A stretch of DNA of 64,000 nucleotides. It comes from Euryarchaeota archaeon UBA86 (GTDB lineage: Archaea; Thermoplasmatota; Poseidoniia; Poseidoniales; Thalassarchaeaceae). The translations under genes and the position numbers were made by a program. The stretch lies in NCBI GenBank assembly GCA_002503055.1, contig DAQX01000023.1, forward strand, positions 15,297 through 79,296, given 5' to 3'. The stretch's first letter is position 1. Each line of letters opens with the position of its first letter. Positions 1-8,896 of this stretch are shown in pieces. The notes beneath the pieces were generated by a model that made no database searches, was not told the DNA's origin, and worked only from the letters and a program-made list of their open reading frames with translations.

Positions 1-2
1 TG

Positions 3-305
3 AGACTCAGATTCGTAATCGATGATGGAATATCAAATGCATCACTTCTCCTATCCAAGAATGCCTCTGAAGCATTCCTCGGAACCGATCAAGAGTCGGT
101 AAAGCAAGAGATTTCAAAGCTCGGAAGTGATGGCTTTGTGGCATCTCTGCGAGAGAAACTGATTGCCAAGCGACTTATCGTAAAAGGCCGCTCAATCGTC
201 GACGAGCAAGGCGCTATGTTACTCGCCGACGAAGTTGATTACGACGCAATCTCGGCACACGATGCCGCCAACGAAGTCATCCAGCGTTGGGGGGTGATAC
301 TGTGA
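3..305 (+). CDS. replication protein A (RPA, OB-fold ssDNA-binding protein), C-terminal fragment; 5' end lies outside the window
   Basis: Frame is open from the window edge to TGA at 303-305. It is absent from the ORF track because it has no start. The translation ...RFVIDDGISNASLLLSKNASEAFLG...RLIVKGRSIVDEQGAMLLADEV resembles the terminal OB-fold of archaeal RPA. The stop overlaps the next ATG (TGATG). Confidence 0.5.
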   Translation, partial: RLRFVIDDGISNASLLLSKNASEAFLGTDQESVKQEISKLGSDGFVASLREKLIAKRLIVKGRSIVDEQGAMLLADEVDYDAISAHDAANEVIQRWGVIL

Positions 306-1246
306 TGCAACAAGGTCCCAGAGTAGGTCGCCAGAGTGCAATCAGAATCTTCGCCAATGAATACAGGGATGCTTCTCTACCCGAAGAAGGCTCAGGAGAG
401 TACGACCCATCTTTCATCATCACTAAGATGGGCGCCAAGGTAAACCGGGCATTGGTCTGTGGAGTTATAGACAGGGCTGAGAGAAGAGAGAGCGAGAACG
501 GGCCCAATTATTCCGCTCATATCAGAGATCCAACTGGAACGCATCTCTTCAATGTCGCATCGTTCCAACCGGAATTACACCCCGACTTTGAGGAGTTAAT
601 GGCGCGTTTTGAGACTGGAGACCGATTCCTCCTCGCTCTTGTTGGTAAGGCGAGATGGTTTGAGACCGAGGATGGAGGAATTTTCACCTCCTTTAGGGCA
701 GAGGAATTCACAATCATCGACAAGGAATGTTACACTAATTGGTTAGTACAAACTGCCGATGCGACCCTTAGGCGTATCAATGCACACGCCGCTTCCCTAG
801 AGAGTGAACTTACTCCACAAGCATTGGAGGCCGCAGGAGTCCCAACCGACCTCGTAGATGGCTTGATTCTAGCTCGCGGGCACTACGGCGAATTCGATCC
901 GGAAGCCTACCGGGTAGGGGTCCTACAGGCATTGTCCACGGCAACTGGAAAGACTAGCGTTATCGAGATGCCTCCAGAACTCGAAACAGCTCCAACTTTG
1001 GAGCAGACGACTCCTGAACCTACAACCCAACAAACCCCGGCAGAGCCTTCAGATGCGGTTGAAACGATTATCGTGACTATTCGTTCGAGAGACACCGGTC
1101 AAGGCGTTGATTACAATGACATTGTCGCAGCACTGGTCAATGCCGGCCACTCTAGAGAAGCCGCTGAAGATGCTATCGACTCAGCTAGAGATCAAGGCGA
1201 AGTGATGGAGCCAAGATTTGGCTTCTTCCAACTGGTTCCTGAGTAA
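305..1246 (+). CDS. RPA-associated protein (archaeal COG3390-type OB-fold partner encoded next to RPA)
   Basis: N-terminus 'GRQSAIRIFANEYRDAS...PSFIITKMGAKVNRALVCGVI...HIRDPTGTHLFNVASFQPE' matches the remembered pattern of the RPA-associated family (REVAxRvFAxEf...NRvfxvG...DPTGxf...yqPe). ATG at 305 is coupled to the upstream stop; the ORF track starts at 287. The C-terminal half is P/T/E-rich. Confidence 0.65.
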   Translation: MQQGPRVGRQSAIRIFANEYRDASLPEEGSGEYDPSFIITKMGAKVNRALVCGVIDRAERRESENGPNYSAHIRDPTGTHLFNVASFQPELHPDFEELMARFETGDRFLLALVGKARWFETEDGGIFTSFRAEEFTIIDKECYTNWLVQTADATLRRINAHAASLESELTPQALEAAGVPTDLVDGLILARGHYGEFDPEAYRVGVLQALSTATGKTSVIEMPPELETAPTLEQTTPEPTTQQTPAEPSDAVETIIVTIRSRDTGQGVDYNDIVAALVNAGHSREAAEDAIDSARDQGEVMEPRFGFFQLVPE

Positions 1247-2203
1247 TCAATCGTCTTCGATTAGAGTCTCAGCGTACTCCATACGCTCCCTGACCCTGCT
1301 CATGGTATCCACAGCATCGACTCTAGACCAGACTCCTTCTCCGATATTGGCTCCCTTTGACTCGGCGATATTGGTAGCCACAGAGATGACTCTAGAGCAA
1401 ACCTCTTCGCTATCCAAAGGCCAACCTCGACGATTCGCTAGCCTCAGCAGCAGACCTTCCTCACTAGAGCCCCAGTTGCCCGAATGTCCTCGAAGAATGC
1501 TCCCAACCATCCTCTCTAACTCCTCGACTCTGGCTCCAATCGTCAATAATGCACCTTGAACATCTGAATCTGACTTGTCTACATCCTTCACAAGCATATC
1601 TCGAGCATCTTCTAGTACTGCTAACGGAGACTCCTTCTCAAAATTCTCATCGACAGCTTCGATTTCAATAAATTCCTCTTCCTCTTCGACTGTCTCAGTA
1701 TTGGGAATCTTTGCATTAGCATCGGGGATTCCTGTTCTCCAGAGGCTACGCTTGATTCTGCCCCATCCTCTTCCTTGGCTGGTCAGAACTCCTGCGACAT
1801 GCCCCATCAAAACTGTTCTAGTTCCAGTGAGGGGTAACTCTAGTCGCAGACACAACTCATGCAACTCATCCCTCTCCATATCTGCCAGATGCTCAACACT
1901 CAGACGACGAGAGTCGAAATTCAGGTGTAACCAAAGTCGCTGCCTCCTTTCTTTGTGGGATCCTGATGATTTGATCCCAAACACCTTCAGAACCGCGCCT
2001 GATTCTTTGTGAGTGAGTGATTGTATACCTTCCCAAGATAGATCCATTTCTCCTAGAACAAGGTGCTGAATCAGCCTAGCGCGCAATACTTCCACAGAAC
2101 CAGTCTTGCTGAAACCTTCGTCCTCAGCCCTTTCTCTTAGTTCCATTAGTCTCCCTCGATATAGCACATCGAGAAGTGAACTATCGACTTCTATGTCCAG
2201 CAT
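1247..2203 (-). CDS. hypothetical protein with three SAP/HeH-like repeats, an acidic linker and an unassigned C-terminal domain
   Basis: 318 aa ORF. It has three segments with a SAP-like pattern: 'LMELRERAEDEGFSKTGSVEVLRARLIQHL', 'VLKVFGIKSSGSHKERRQRLWLHL' and 'ELHELCLRLELPLTGTRTVLMGHVAGVL'. An EEEEEF acidic stretch follows. No family is recognised for the last ~130 aa. Confidence 0.6.
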   Translation of the reverse strand: MLDIEVDSSLLDVLYRGRLMELRERAEDEGFSKTGSVEVLRARLIQHLVLGEMDLSWEGIQSLTHKESGAVLKVFGIKSSGSHKERRQRLWLHLNFDSRRLSVEHLADMERDELHELCLRLELPLTGTRTVLMGHVAGVLTSQGRGWGRIKRSLWRTGIPDANAKIPNTETVEEEEEFIEIEAVDENFEKESPLAVLEDARDMLVKDVDKSDSDVQGALLTIGARVEELERMVGSILRGHSGNWGSSEEGLLLRLANRRGWPLDSEEVCSRVISVATNIAESKGANIGEGVWSRVDAVDTMSRVRERMEYAETLIEDD

Positions 2204-2293
2204 TACGGACTCACCTCGCTAGCGCCGAGGTCATATCGGTTGCGCAAATCAAAACCAAATACTGTAGATTGAGATAGTTTGCAGAATTAGCCA

Positions 2294-3457
2294 CTATTCC
2301 TCAAGATCAATGAAGGCCGGGGCCTCCTCGTCCATGTAGAAATCCTTCGGCACAGGTCTAGATGCCTCTCGCAGCAATACATCCCAGTCTCTGATTGCAG
2401 AAATCGTAGCGTGTCTAAATTCACTGTACTTGATGACACGATCCAGACCGATAGTATGGCGTCCGTTACCCGATAGAACTTCGATTCTGAACTCTACATG
2501 AACCTCATCCTCGGTGACCTCACCCTCGGTATCATGACAAGCCTGCTCGAGCGTTAGATCGCGCTGCTCCTCGGCCTGCTTCATCAACGACCTAACCTGA
2601 CGATGCCTAACTAGAATGCCAATTCGCTCGAGCATATCGGAATCGAGCCCCGAGATCATCTGATCTTGGATATGCCAACAGGTTTCACCTTCAGTCTCCG
2701 ACACAACCTCCGAAATACTACTCGGAAACCTCTTCCTAGCAATTAGAATGACTAGATCTGCATATGGAAGAGGAAGAAAGTGCACTCCTCCACGATCCTT
2801 GGGATCTGGCAATAGTGCATGACGACGCGCAGCAGGGCCTAATGAGTCGTAAACCGCCCTCGAGGTGATGTATCCATCAATCTCCCCCTCCTCTCTCATA
2901 GATTCCATCCATCTTGCAATATCTAGGCCATCTCCCGAGGGACACTCCTGATTGCGAATTGAAGCATAGGCAGAGGGACTGAGGATCCTTAGTCCGCCCC
3001 TTGCTCTCTTGAGTTGTCTACGTACCAATGCAGACTCGGCCAGAATGATTCCTAGCCGAGGCTGATATTCCAATTTATCATCTGAGACCAGAACCAGATT
3101 GGGACGACGAGGGGTTCGGGCTCCTACAACTTCACATCCAGCTGAAAGCATCTCGACTTGCTTACCGTGAAGTAATTCCGCGGGCATAGCCAGCATATCC
3201 GCATCACCTCCGGACAACATGCTGATTGCTTGGGAGAAGTCGGTCGCCGAGACACTTGTGAGGTCGAACTCTTGTTCATCGAATTCCTCGAATTGAGAAG
3301 TTACAGAGCAGTCAGGGGTGTCGATGATGGCGAGTTTCAATTCGTCCAATCCGTCCACCTCCATAGGGGGCACGTAACATGCCCGTATGAGCCGCGTGTA
3401 CACTTGTTGATATATGCGACCCTCTTCAAACAACACGAGCGGTATGGTCTCCCTCAA
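2294..3457 (-). CDS. hypothetical protein (only a weak, unverified resemblance to the porphobilinogen-deaminase / type II binding-protein fold)
   Basis: 387 aa ORF with no strong motif. The N-terminus overlaps the divergent idsA start, so the true start may be the internal Met at about 3364. Confidence 0.5.
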   Translation of the reverse strand: MRETIPLVLFEEGRIYQQVYTRLIRACYVPPMEVDGLDELKLAIIDTPDCSVTSQFEEFDEQEFDLTSVSATDFSQAISMLSGGDADMLAMPAELLHGKQVEMLSAGCEVVGARTPRRPNLVLVSDDKLEYQPRLGIILAESALVRRQLKRARGGLRILSPSAYASIRNQECPSGDGLDIARWMESMREEGEIDGYITSRAVYDSLGPAARRHALLPDPKDRGGVHFLPLPYADLVILIARKRFPSSISEVVSETEGETCWHIQDQMISGLDSDMLERIGILVRHRQVRSLMKQAEEQRDLTLEQACHDTEGEVTEDEVHVEFRIEVLSGNGRHTIGLDRVIKYSEFRHATISAIRDWDVLLREASRPVPKDFYMDEEAPAFIDLEE

Positions 3458-4427
3458 CCAGATTAGTGCCCGGGCGGAGCTTGAGAGGCTTCGATATCAG
3501 ATTGAAGAGGCTCTGGAGGATTTTGTTCAGAAGAGACTCTCTCAACCAGATGCTCCTGTGATGAGACTCGTTAGCGACATTCTTCTGGGAGGTGGAAAGA
3601 GATACCGGCCAGTACTGAGTGTTCTAGCTTACCAGGCCTGTGGAGGAGAAGACAAACAGAAGGCACTGAATCTAGCGCTCTCGGGAGAACTCATCCATAC
3701 GGCTACTTTGGTGCACGACGATATCAATGATCAATCCAAGTTGCGCAGAGGCAAACCAACTCTCCACACTACTAAATCGCAATCACATGCAATTATCGCT
3801 GGTGACTACCTTTTCGCTTTAGGATTCGGTTTAGGGGGCCAAAATGACGAACAAGTGGTAGAACGTATAGCCAGCACCTGTGGAGGAATCGCGACTGGAG
3901 AGATTCTCCAGATGGAGCATATCGGCAATCTTTCCACTACGCCTGAGGACTACTATGCAATTGTCGACGGCAAAACCGCCGGCCCGTTCGCTAGTGCTTG
4001 CTGGGGTGCTGCAATTGCGGCTGATGCGGAAATTTATGCAGATTCAATGGAGGTATTTGGCATGGAACTCGGCAGGGCATTCCAACTGGTTGACGACTTG
4101 CTCGATTTGACCGGTGACCCTGCAATGGGTAAGCCAAAAGGCACCGATGTTCATGATGGTAAGATGACCCTTCCAATCATCCATGCTTTGACCATGTTGC
4201 ATGGATCGGAATACGAACACTTTACTGATGTTCTGACCAACTTTAGCGATGAGAGATGGGGCGAATTCACCGAATTAATGCATAAGGCAAGGTCACTGCA
4301 TTATGTTAGACAATTGATTGAGAATCACATCGAAAGGGCATTGAACGCCTTAGAGGAGCTGCCCGAGTCAAGATCCCGAACACTGATGGCAGAACTCACA
4401 AAGATGTCTGAGAGGCGACGGACTTGA
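3444..4427 (+). CDS. idsA: geranylgeranyl diphosphate synthase (trans-polyprenyl synthetase family)
   Basis: 'GGGKRYRPVL', first Asp-rich motif 'LVHDDINDQSKLRRGKPT', second Asp-rich motif 'FQLVDDLLDLTG'. The start is ambiguous (3414 or 3444). Confidence 0.9.
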   Translation: MVSLNQISARAELERLRYQIEEALEDFVQKRLSQPDAPVMRLVSDILLGGGKRYRPVLSVLAYQACGGEDKQKALNLALSGELIHTATLVHDDINDQSKLRRGKPTLHTTKSQSHAIIAGDYLFALGFGLGGQNDEQVVERIASTCGGIATGEILQMEHIGNLSTTPEDYYAIVDGKTAGPFASACWGAAIAADAEIYADSMEVFGMELGRAFQLVDDLLDLTGDPAMGKPKGTDVHDGKMTLPIIHALTMLHGSEYEHFTDVLTNFSDERWGEFTELMHKARSLHYVRQLIENHIERALNALEELPESRSRTLMAELTKMSERRRT

Positions 4428-4431
4428 GTCC

Positions 4432-5535
4432 ATGTCCCTAGAGCGCACCGAATGGGACGCCATAATCATCGGCGGAGGGCCCGCTGGTAGTACAACTGCT
4501 CGATATGCTGCAGAGGGAGGAGCAGCCGTACTGGTTATCGACGGACGAGACCCAATTGGCTCCCCACTACAGTGTGGAGAGTTAGTTCCGAGTAATAGCG
4601 AGATGAAGCGATTATGCCCAGATGTCCCTGATATCGATGATCTACTTAGGACGCCCGAACACGCTATCTCTCTGAGGACTACACAGATGCATCTGGTGCC
4701 ACCCTCAGGAAAGCCACTGAAGTATCCTTTTGAGGGCGTAGTTCTGAACAGAGTGGCTCACGACGAAGAGTTGGTTCAATTGGCACGCTCAAGTGGAGTC
4801 GAATACCTAGTTGGAACTCGTGTATCGGAAATCGGAACAAACAAAGTCACTCTGACTGATGGGACGCAGTACAGTGCCAAGGTCATTATCGGAGCAGGTG
4901 GTCACAATGATCCACTAAGGAAATCCCATTGGAATGTCAAATCACTGAATATCCCTGTAAAATTCGTACTCATGGACGGCGTATTCGATGACGCATTGGA
5001 ATTACATTTTGGATCAGTCGCCCCTGGAGGTTATGCATGGGCCTTCCCCAAGCAGGACGGGGCTAACATAGGACTTGGAATTCAGAGAAAACTCTCCAAA
5101 GGAAAGAGTCTGAATCTGTACTCCGAGGAATTCTTCTCTCGATATCAAGGAAAAGTCAGTTTCAAAGGTGCAGGCTCACTTCCTATGTCGGGCACAATTC
5201 CTAACTTTGTCAAAGGAAATTACTTACTCGTCGGTGACGCAGCCGGCATGGTACTCCCTTCGAATGGTGCTGGAATCACAATTGCAATGATTGGTGGCAG
5301 AATAGCAGGGCAAGTCGTCGCCGAACATCTGTCAGAAGGTACACCTCTCGAGGAGTATGAGAAGAGATGGAACAAGCAGATGGGCAAGGTGATGCGTAAC
5401 TCGAAATTCGCGTTCAAACTCGGAACTCTGATGTTCCGCTCTCCGGATTGGTTACTGAATTTGATGTTCAACAGGCTGACTAAGCCATTCATCTGGAGGG
5501 CGGTAACCTGCAGGTCGCTATTCAGTCTCAGGTGA
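4432..5535 (+). CDS. geranylgeranyl reductase family flavoprotein (digeranylgeranylglycerophospholipid reductase-like)
   Basis: N-terminal FAD fold 'WDAIIIGGGPAGSTTARYAAEGGAAVLVID' and 'LVGDAAGMVLPSNGAGITIAM'. It sits directly after idsA. Confidence 0.85.
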   Translation: MSLERTEWDAIIIGGGPAGSTTARYAAEGGAAVLVIDGRDPIGSPLQCGELVPSNSEMKRLCPDVPDIDDLLRTPEHAISLRTTQMHLVPPSGKPLKYPFEGVVLNRVAHDEELVQLARSSGVEYLVGTRVSEIGTNKVTLTDGTQYSAKVIIGAGGHNDPLRKSHWNVKSLNIPVKFVLMDGVFDDALELHFGSVAPGGYAWAFPKQDGANIGLGIQRKLSKGKSLNLYSEEFFSRYQGKVSFKGAGSLPMSGTIPNFVKGNYLLVGDAAGMVLPSNGAGITIAMIGGRIAGQVVAEHLSEGTPLEEYEKRWNKQMGKVMRNSKFAFKLGTLMFRSPDWLLNLMFNRLTKPFIWRAVTCRSLFSLR

Positions 5536-6279
5536 GCGACCCTGCCAGATTGTGGCCATCCCTGGGAATACCAATTTAGCTGAAACTTGCTCGAATCCAG
5601 TATCTTCCATCATTCTGACATAATCTTTAGTCGTGCCAAAACTCGCATAGGTCTTGGTCAGCCATTTCCAAGGATTGCTCTCAGAATTGTAGAACAATCT
5701 AGCATAACTCGATACCCAGACTCTCATCCAAAGCCACCCCATGGCTCCATGCAGTCGGTTGACCTTGGCAGGCTCAACCATTACGAACACGCCTCCAGGT
5801 TTGAGTACCCTGAGAGCCTCTGCCAGACCTGCCCGCTTGTCGAACCAGTCTCTAAATGAAAACAGAGAGCACACTGCATCGAAGGAATTATCCTCAAATG
5901 GCAATTCTTCTGCCGTTCCTTCAACAAATTTGACAGCAGATTCGCCCCTAGATTCTCTCTTTGGACCAACTCTCCCTTCGGCAACTCTTAGCATCTCGGG
6001 AATAGGGTCCAAACAGACTAGATCTTCGCCTTCGAAGTCCTCAGCAAAACTCCCAGGTCCACAACCAATCTCCAGAACCCTGCCGCTGCTAGGTAGGCGC
6101 CCTCTCACCATTCTGCGCCAGCGTGATACTTGACCTAGTGTGGCGAATTGATTCACCTTGTCATAAACCGGAATCGTGGCCTCCAAATTCTGTTGAAGCT
6201 CATTCCAGTCAGACTCTCCGATTCGCTCGGTGTCCATGGTCCTCGCTGAGACCTCACATATATGGTTGAATCCCGCCAA
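5518..6279 (-). CDS. class I SAM-dependent methyltransferase, UbiE/MenG (demethylmenaquinone methyltransferase)-like
   Basis: 'YDKVNQFATLGQVSRWRR' (UbiE-family N-terminal motif) and SAM motif I 'VLEIGCGPGSF'. It overlaps the reductase gene end convergently by 18 nt. Confidence 0.75.
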   Translation of the reverse strand: MAGFNHICEVSARTMDTERIGESDWNELQQNLEATIPVYDKVNQFATLGQVSRWRRMVRGRLPSSGRVLEIGCGPGSFAEDFEGEDLVCLDPIPEMLRVAEGRVGPKRESRGESAVKFVEGTAEELPFEDNSFDAVCSLFSFRDWFDKRAGLAEALRVLKPGGVFVMVEPAKVNRLHGAMGWLWMRVWVSSYARLFYNSESNPWKWLTKTYASFGTTKDYVRMMEDTGFEQVSAKLVFPGMATIWQGRSPETE

Positions 6280-6339
6280 AATCCTGTGAAAACACGAAGT
6301 AATTGCATGGTCAAAGTGATATACCGTTCGGCGTTGCGC

Positions 6340-6358
6340 GTGTCACCAAAGGTGACAC
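6340..6358. promoter_or_regulatory. perfect inverted repeat GTGTCACC-AAA-GGTGACAC immediately upstream of the atpH ATG
   Basis: Read directly from the sequence. The 8-bp arms are exact reverse complements, and the right arm contains the SD-like GGTGA. It lies in the 80-bp divergent spacer between the methyltransferase gene and atpH. Confidence 0.45.
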
Positions 6359-6359
6359 A

Positions 6360-6677
6360 ATGGGACGGGCAGATATACTCCGAGCAATCAAGAAGTCGGA
6401 GGACGGGGCAAAGAAGATCCAATCAGATGCCGAGACAAAGGCGGCGGAGACTCTCTCCAATGCCCGCGTCAAGGCCGCCGAGTCGACCAACTCAGGAAGG
6501 CAAGGGGCCGACGATGAAGCAGCAAAGATGCTTAGCGATGCACGCGCTGCTGCGGAGAAGGAAGCCGAATCCGTAGCCGCTGAGGGCGAAGTAGAACTTG
6601 AGCGCGTTGCCAGCGAGGGCAAGAAGAATAGAAGTGCGGCTGCAGATGCCGTCCTCGATACCTTCCGCAAAAACTAG
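6360..6677 (+). CDS. atpH: A-type ATP synthase subunit H
   Basis: Small Ala/Glu/Lys-rich coiled-coil protein ('MGRADILRAIKKSEDGAKKIQSDAE...') at the head of the atpIKECFABD cluster. ATG 6360 is chosen over the ORF-track start at 6303. Confidence 0.7.
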   Translation: MGRADILRAIKKSEDGAKKIQSDAETKAAETLSNARVKAAESTNSGRQGADDEAAKMLSDARAAAEKEAESVAAEGEVELERVASEGKKNRSAAADAVLDTFRKN

Positions 6678-6691
6678 TTCGGGGCGACATC

Positions 6692-8860
6692 ATGAGTCAA
6701 CTGACACCAGAAGACATGTCTCGACTGGTTGTCGCTGGTACCAAAGACCAACTTAAGACCACTATCGATGTATTAGCAGGTCTTTCTTTAGTTCATATCA
6801 ATGATTACAGCAGTGATGATGAGGATATGTCAATGGGTACGCCTACTGAGGTATCTGAGGAAATCAGTCGCAGGCTGACCAAAATGAGAGGGGCTGCAGC
6901 GAACCTCCAGGCCCCCAGTCAGGCCGAACTGATGTCTGCACCCGAGGTCCGCAGAAATCTGTCGGGCGACATAGATAATCTAGTCGATAGTGCCCTTGGC
7001 CTCAATGATGAGATGGAAGAGCTTGAGATAGAGAAGTCGAAGATAGAAGAGGAACTAGAAGTTCTATCCTTGCTAGCGCCCCTCAGTCTTGAGATGGACT
7101 TGATGAGAGGCTATGATTCGATCACCCAGTTTGTTGGCACTGTTTCGTCTCTAAGCAAGGCACGGCCAGCCTTGGCTTCTCTAGGCGAATCTGCAGTTCA
7201 CATGAGCAGCGAGGTTGCGAAGAAGGGAGTAGTAGCTGTCTTCTGCCGTAACGAACAGTCAGAATCTGTTCAGAAGATGCTCTCTGAACTGGACTTCCAA
7301 GCTATCTCAATTCCAGAGTCTGATGGTCTGCCGAGTGATCGGATTGCAGGGCTAAACGATAGAATGGCTGAGATTGAAGCTAGGGTAGAAGCATTGAATG
7401 AACAAATCTCTGAATGGTCCAATGCAAACAGTGGAATATTATTCGGCGGCATGGAGTTACTTGAGAGAGATTTGCAACTTGCCACTACACCAGTAAGAGT
7501 TGCAGTTAGCGACCACGCTTTTGTCTTAGATGGTTGGATCAAGTCAACAGCTGAAGAGGAAGTCAATAACGCTCTTTCTGGCGTTTGTACACACATAGAA
7601 GTCGAGAGATATCAACCCCCTGCACACAGTGGTCATGGGCATCACCATGTAGACAAGAAAGACATGCCTCCAATCGAATTCTCTCCGAGAAATTACAGCA
7701 AACCATTCGAGATGGTTACCGATGTAATGGGCAGACCTGCTTATGGGAAGATCGATCCAACATTCTTCATGTTCCTGACTTACCCTCTCTTCTTCGGAAT
7801 GATCCTAGGAGACATGGCCTATGGCCTGTCAATAATGGCTCTAGCCGCATTTGTATGGAGGCAATTCCCGCTCAATGATGTGATGTCAAATGTTGCAGGA
7901 TTCCTATTCACAATCGGAACTTCAACACTTATTTTCGGCTACATTTACGGTGAATTCGCCGGTTTCGAATTCCTCCCGCATGGGCACTGTGTGGATTACG
8001 CAGGTGAAGATATTGCGGGTATCTTAGGAGTTGCTCAATGTGAGGCATATGTCCTCCCTGATGGCACTCACGGACACTATCACTGGAAGGACGGTCATGC
8101 ACCGTGGTGGGTTGCTTGGATGACGAACCTATATCCCAATGGAGGAGTGTTCTATTGGGTATGGGACGGCCCTCTAGAATTGACTCTAGCATATCCATTC
8201 CACCGCGTCTCTTCGAATCTAGAGAATCTAATGCTACTGACAATATACATTGGTGTTATCCACATCTTCATCGGACTTCTGATTGGTTTCCGTGATGTTC
8301 TCAAAACGCACGGCATGGTTGAGGCAATTTTCGAGAAGGGATCATGGATTATTCTGCTAGTCGGAGGATTTGCGTCTGCTTATGAATTCATCAAATACGA
8401 AACTATCTCCACCATGCCATTGGCAGTCGCAGTCATTGGAGTCGTTATGGTGACAGTACTGCTCGCACATTTCGAAAAGATGGGCTGGGGAATTGCACTC
8501 ATTATGGGGCCACTAGAATCCATAGGAATGCTGCCGAAAGTACTCTCATACGTCAGATTATTCGCTGTAGGAGTTGTTGGTGTCAAGATTGCTGCTACTG
8601 GCAACGAGATGATTTACGAAGTCATGGCCCACACTCTTGCTGATTTGAGCCATGCATCTACAATGGACATTATACTGGTCCCTGTTATGTTCATCGGCTG
8701 GATCCTAGTCCAACTCTTTGCCCTAGTGCTGGGCATCTTCAGTCCTAACATCCACACTGTAAGGCTACATTTCGTCGAGTGGATGATGCAATTCTACGAA
8801 GGGAGCGGCCTCCCCTTCAAGGCGTTCGGCTTCAAGCCGGATAAAGTTGAGGTCGAGTGA
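6692..8860 (+). CDS. atpI: A-type ATP synthase subunit I (membrane stator / a-subunit)
   Basis: 722 aa. It has an N-terminal soluble coiled-coil half and a C-terminal polytopic half ending in 'SYVRLFAVGVVG...HTVRLHFVEW', typical of the V/A-type a/I subunit. Its operon position fits. Confidence 0.95.
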   Translation: MSQLTPEDMSRLVVAGTKDQLKTTIDVLAGLSLVHINDYSSDDEDMSMGTPTEVSEEISRRLTKMRGAAANLQAPSQAELMSAPEVRRNLSGDIDNLVDSALGLNDEMEELEIEKSKIEEELEVLSLLAPLSLEMDLMRGYDSITQFVGTVSSLSKARPALASLGESAVHMSSEVAKKGVVAVFCRNEQSESVQKMLSELDFQAISIPESDGLPSDRIAGLNDRMAEIEARVEALNEQISEWSNANSGILFGGMELLERDLQLATTPVRVAVSDHAFVLDGWIKSTAEEEVNNALSGVCTHIEVERYQPPAHSGHGHHHVDKKDMPPIEFSPRNYSKPFEMVTDVMGRPAYGKIDPTFFMFLTYPLFFGMILGDMAYGLSIMALAAFVWRQFPLNDVMSNVAGFLFTIGTSTLIFGYIYGEFAGFEFLPHGHCVDYAGEDIAGILGVAQCEAYVLPDGTHGHYHWKDGHAPWWVAWMTNLYPNGGVFYWVWDGPLELTLAYPFHRVSSNLENLMLLTIYIGVIHIFIGLLIGFRDVLKTHGMVEAIFEKGSWIILLVGGFASAYEFIKYETISTMPLAVAVIGVVMVTVLLAHFEKMGWGIALIMGPLESIGMLPKVLSYVRLFAVGVVGVKIAATGNEMIYEVMAHTLADLSHASTMDIILVPVMFIGWILVQLFALVLGIFSPNIHTVRLHFVEWMMQFYEGSGLPFKAFGFKPDKVEVE

Positions 8861-8896
8861 GACTCACACAGTGAGAAAAATAACGGAGGAAAAAAC

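Noticed and set aside
6311-6670. 119 aa minus-strand ORF antisense to atpH
   Set aside because: It is a mirror-image product of the Ala/Glu-rich, GC-biased codons of atpH. It is Ser/Ala-rich low complexity with no motif, and the plus-strand gene fits the operon.
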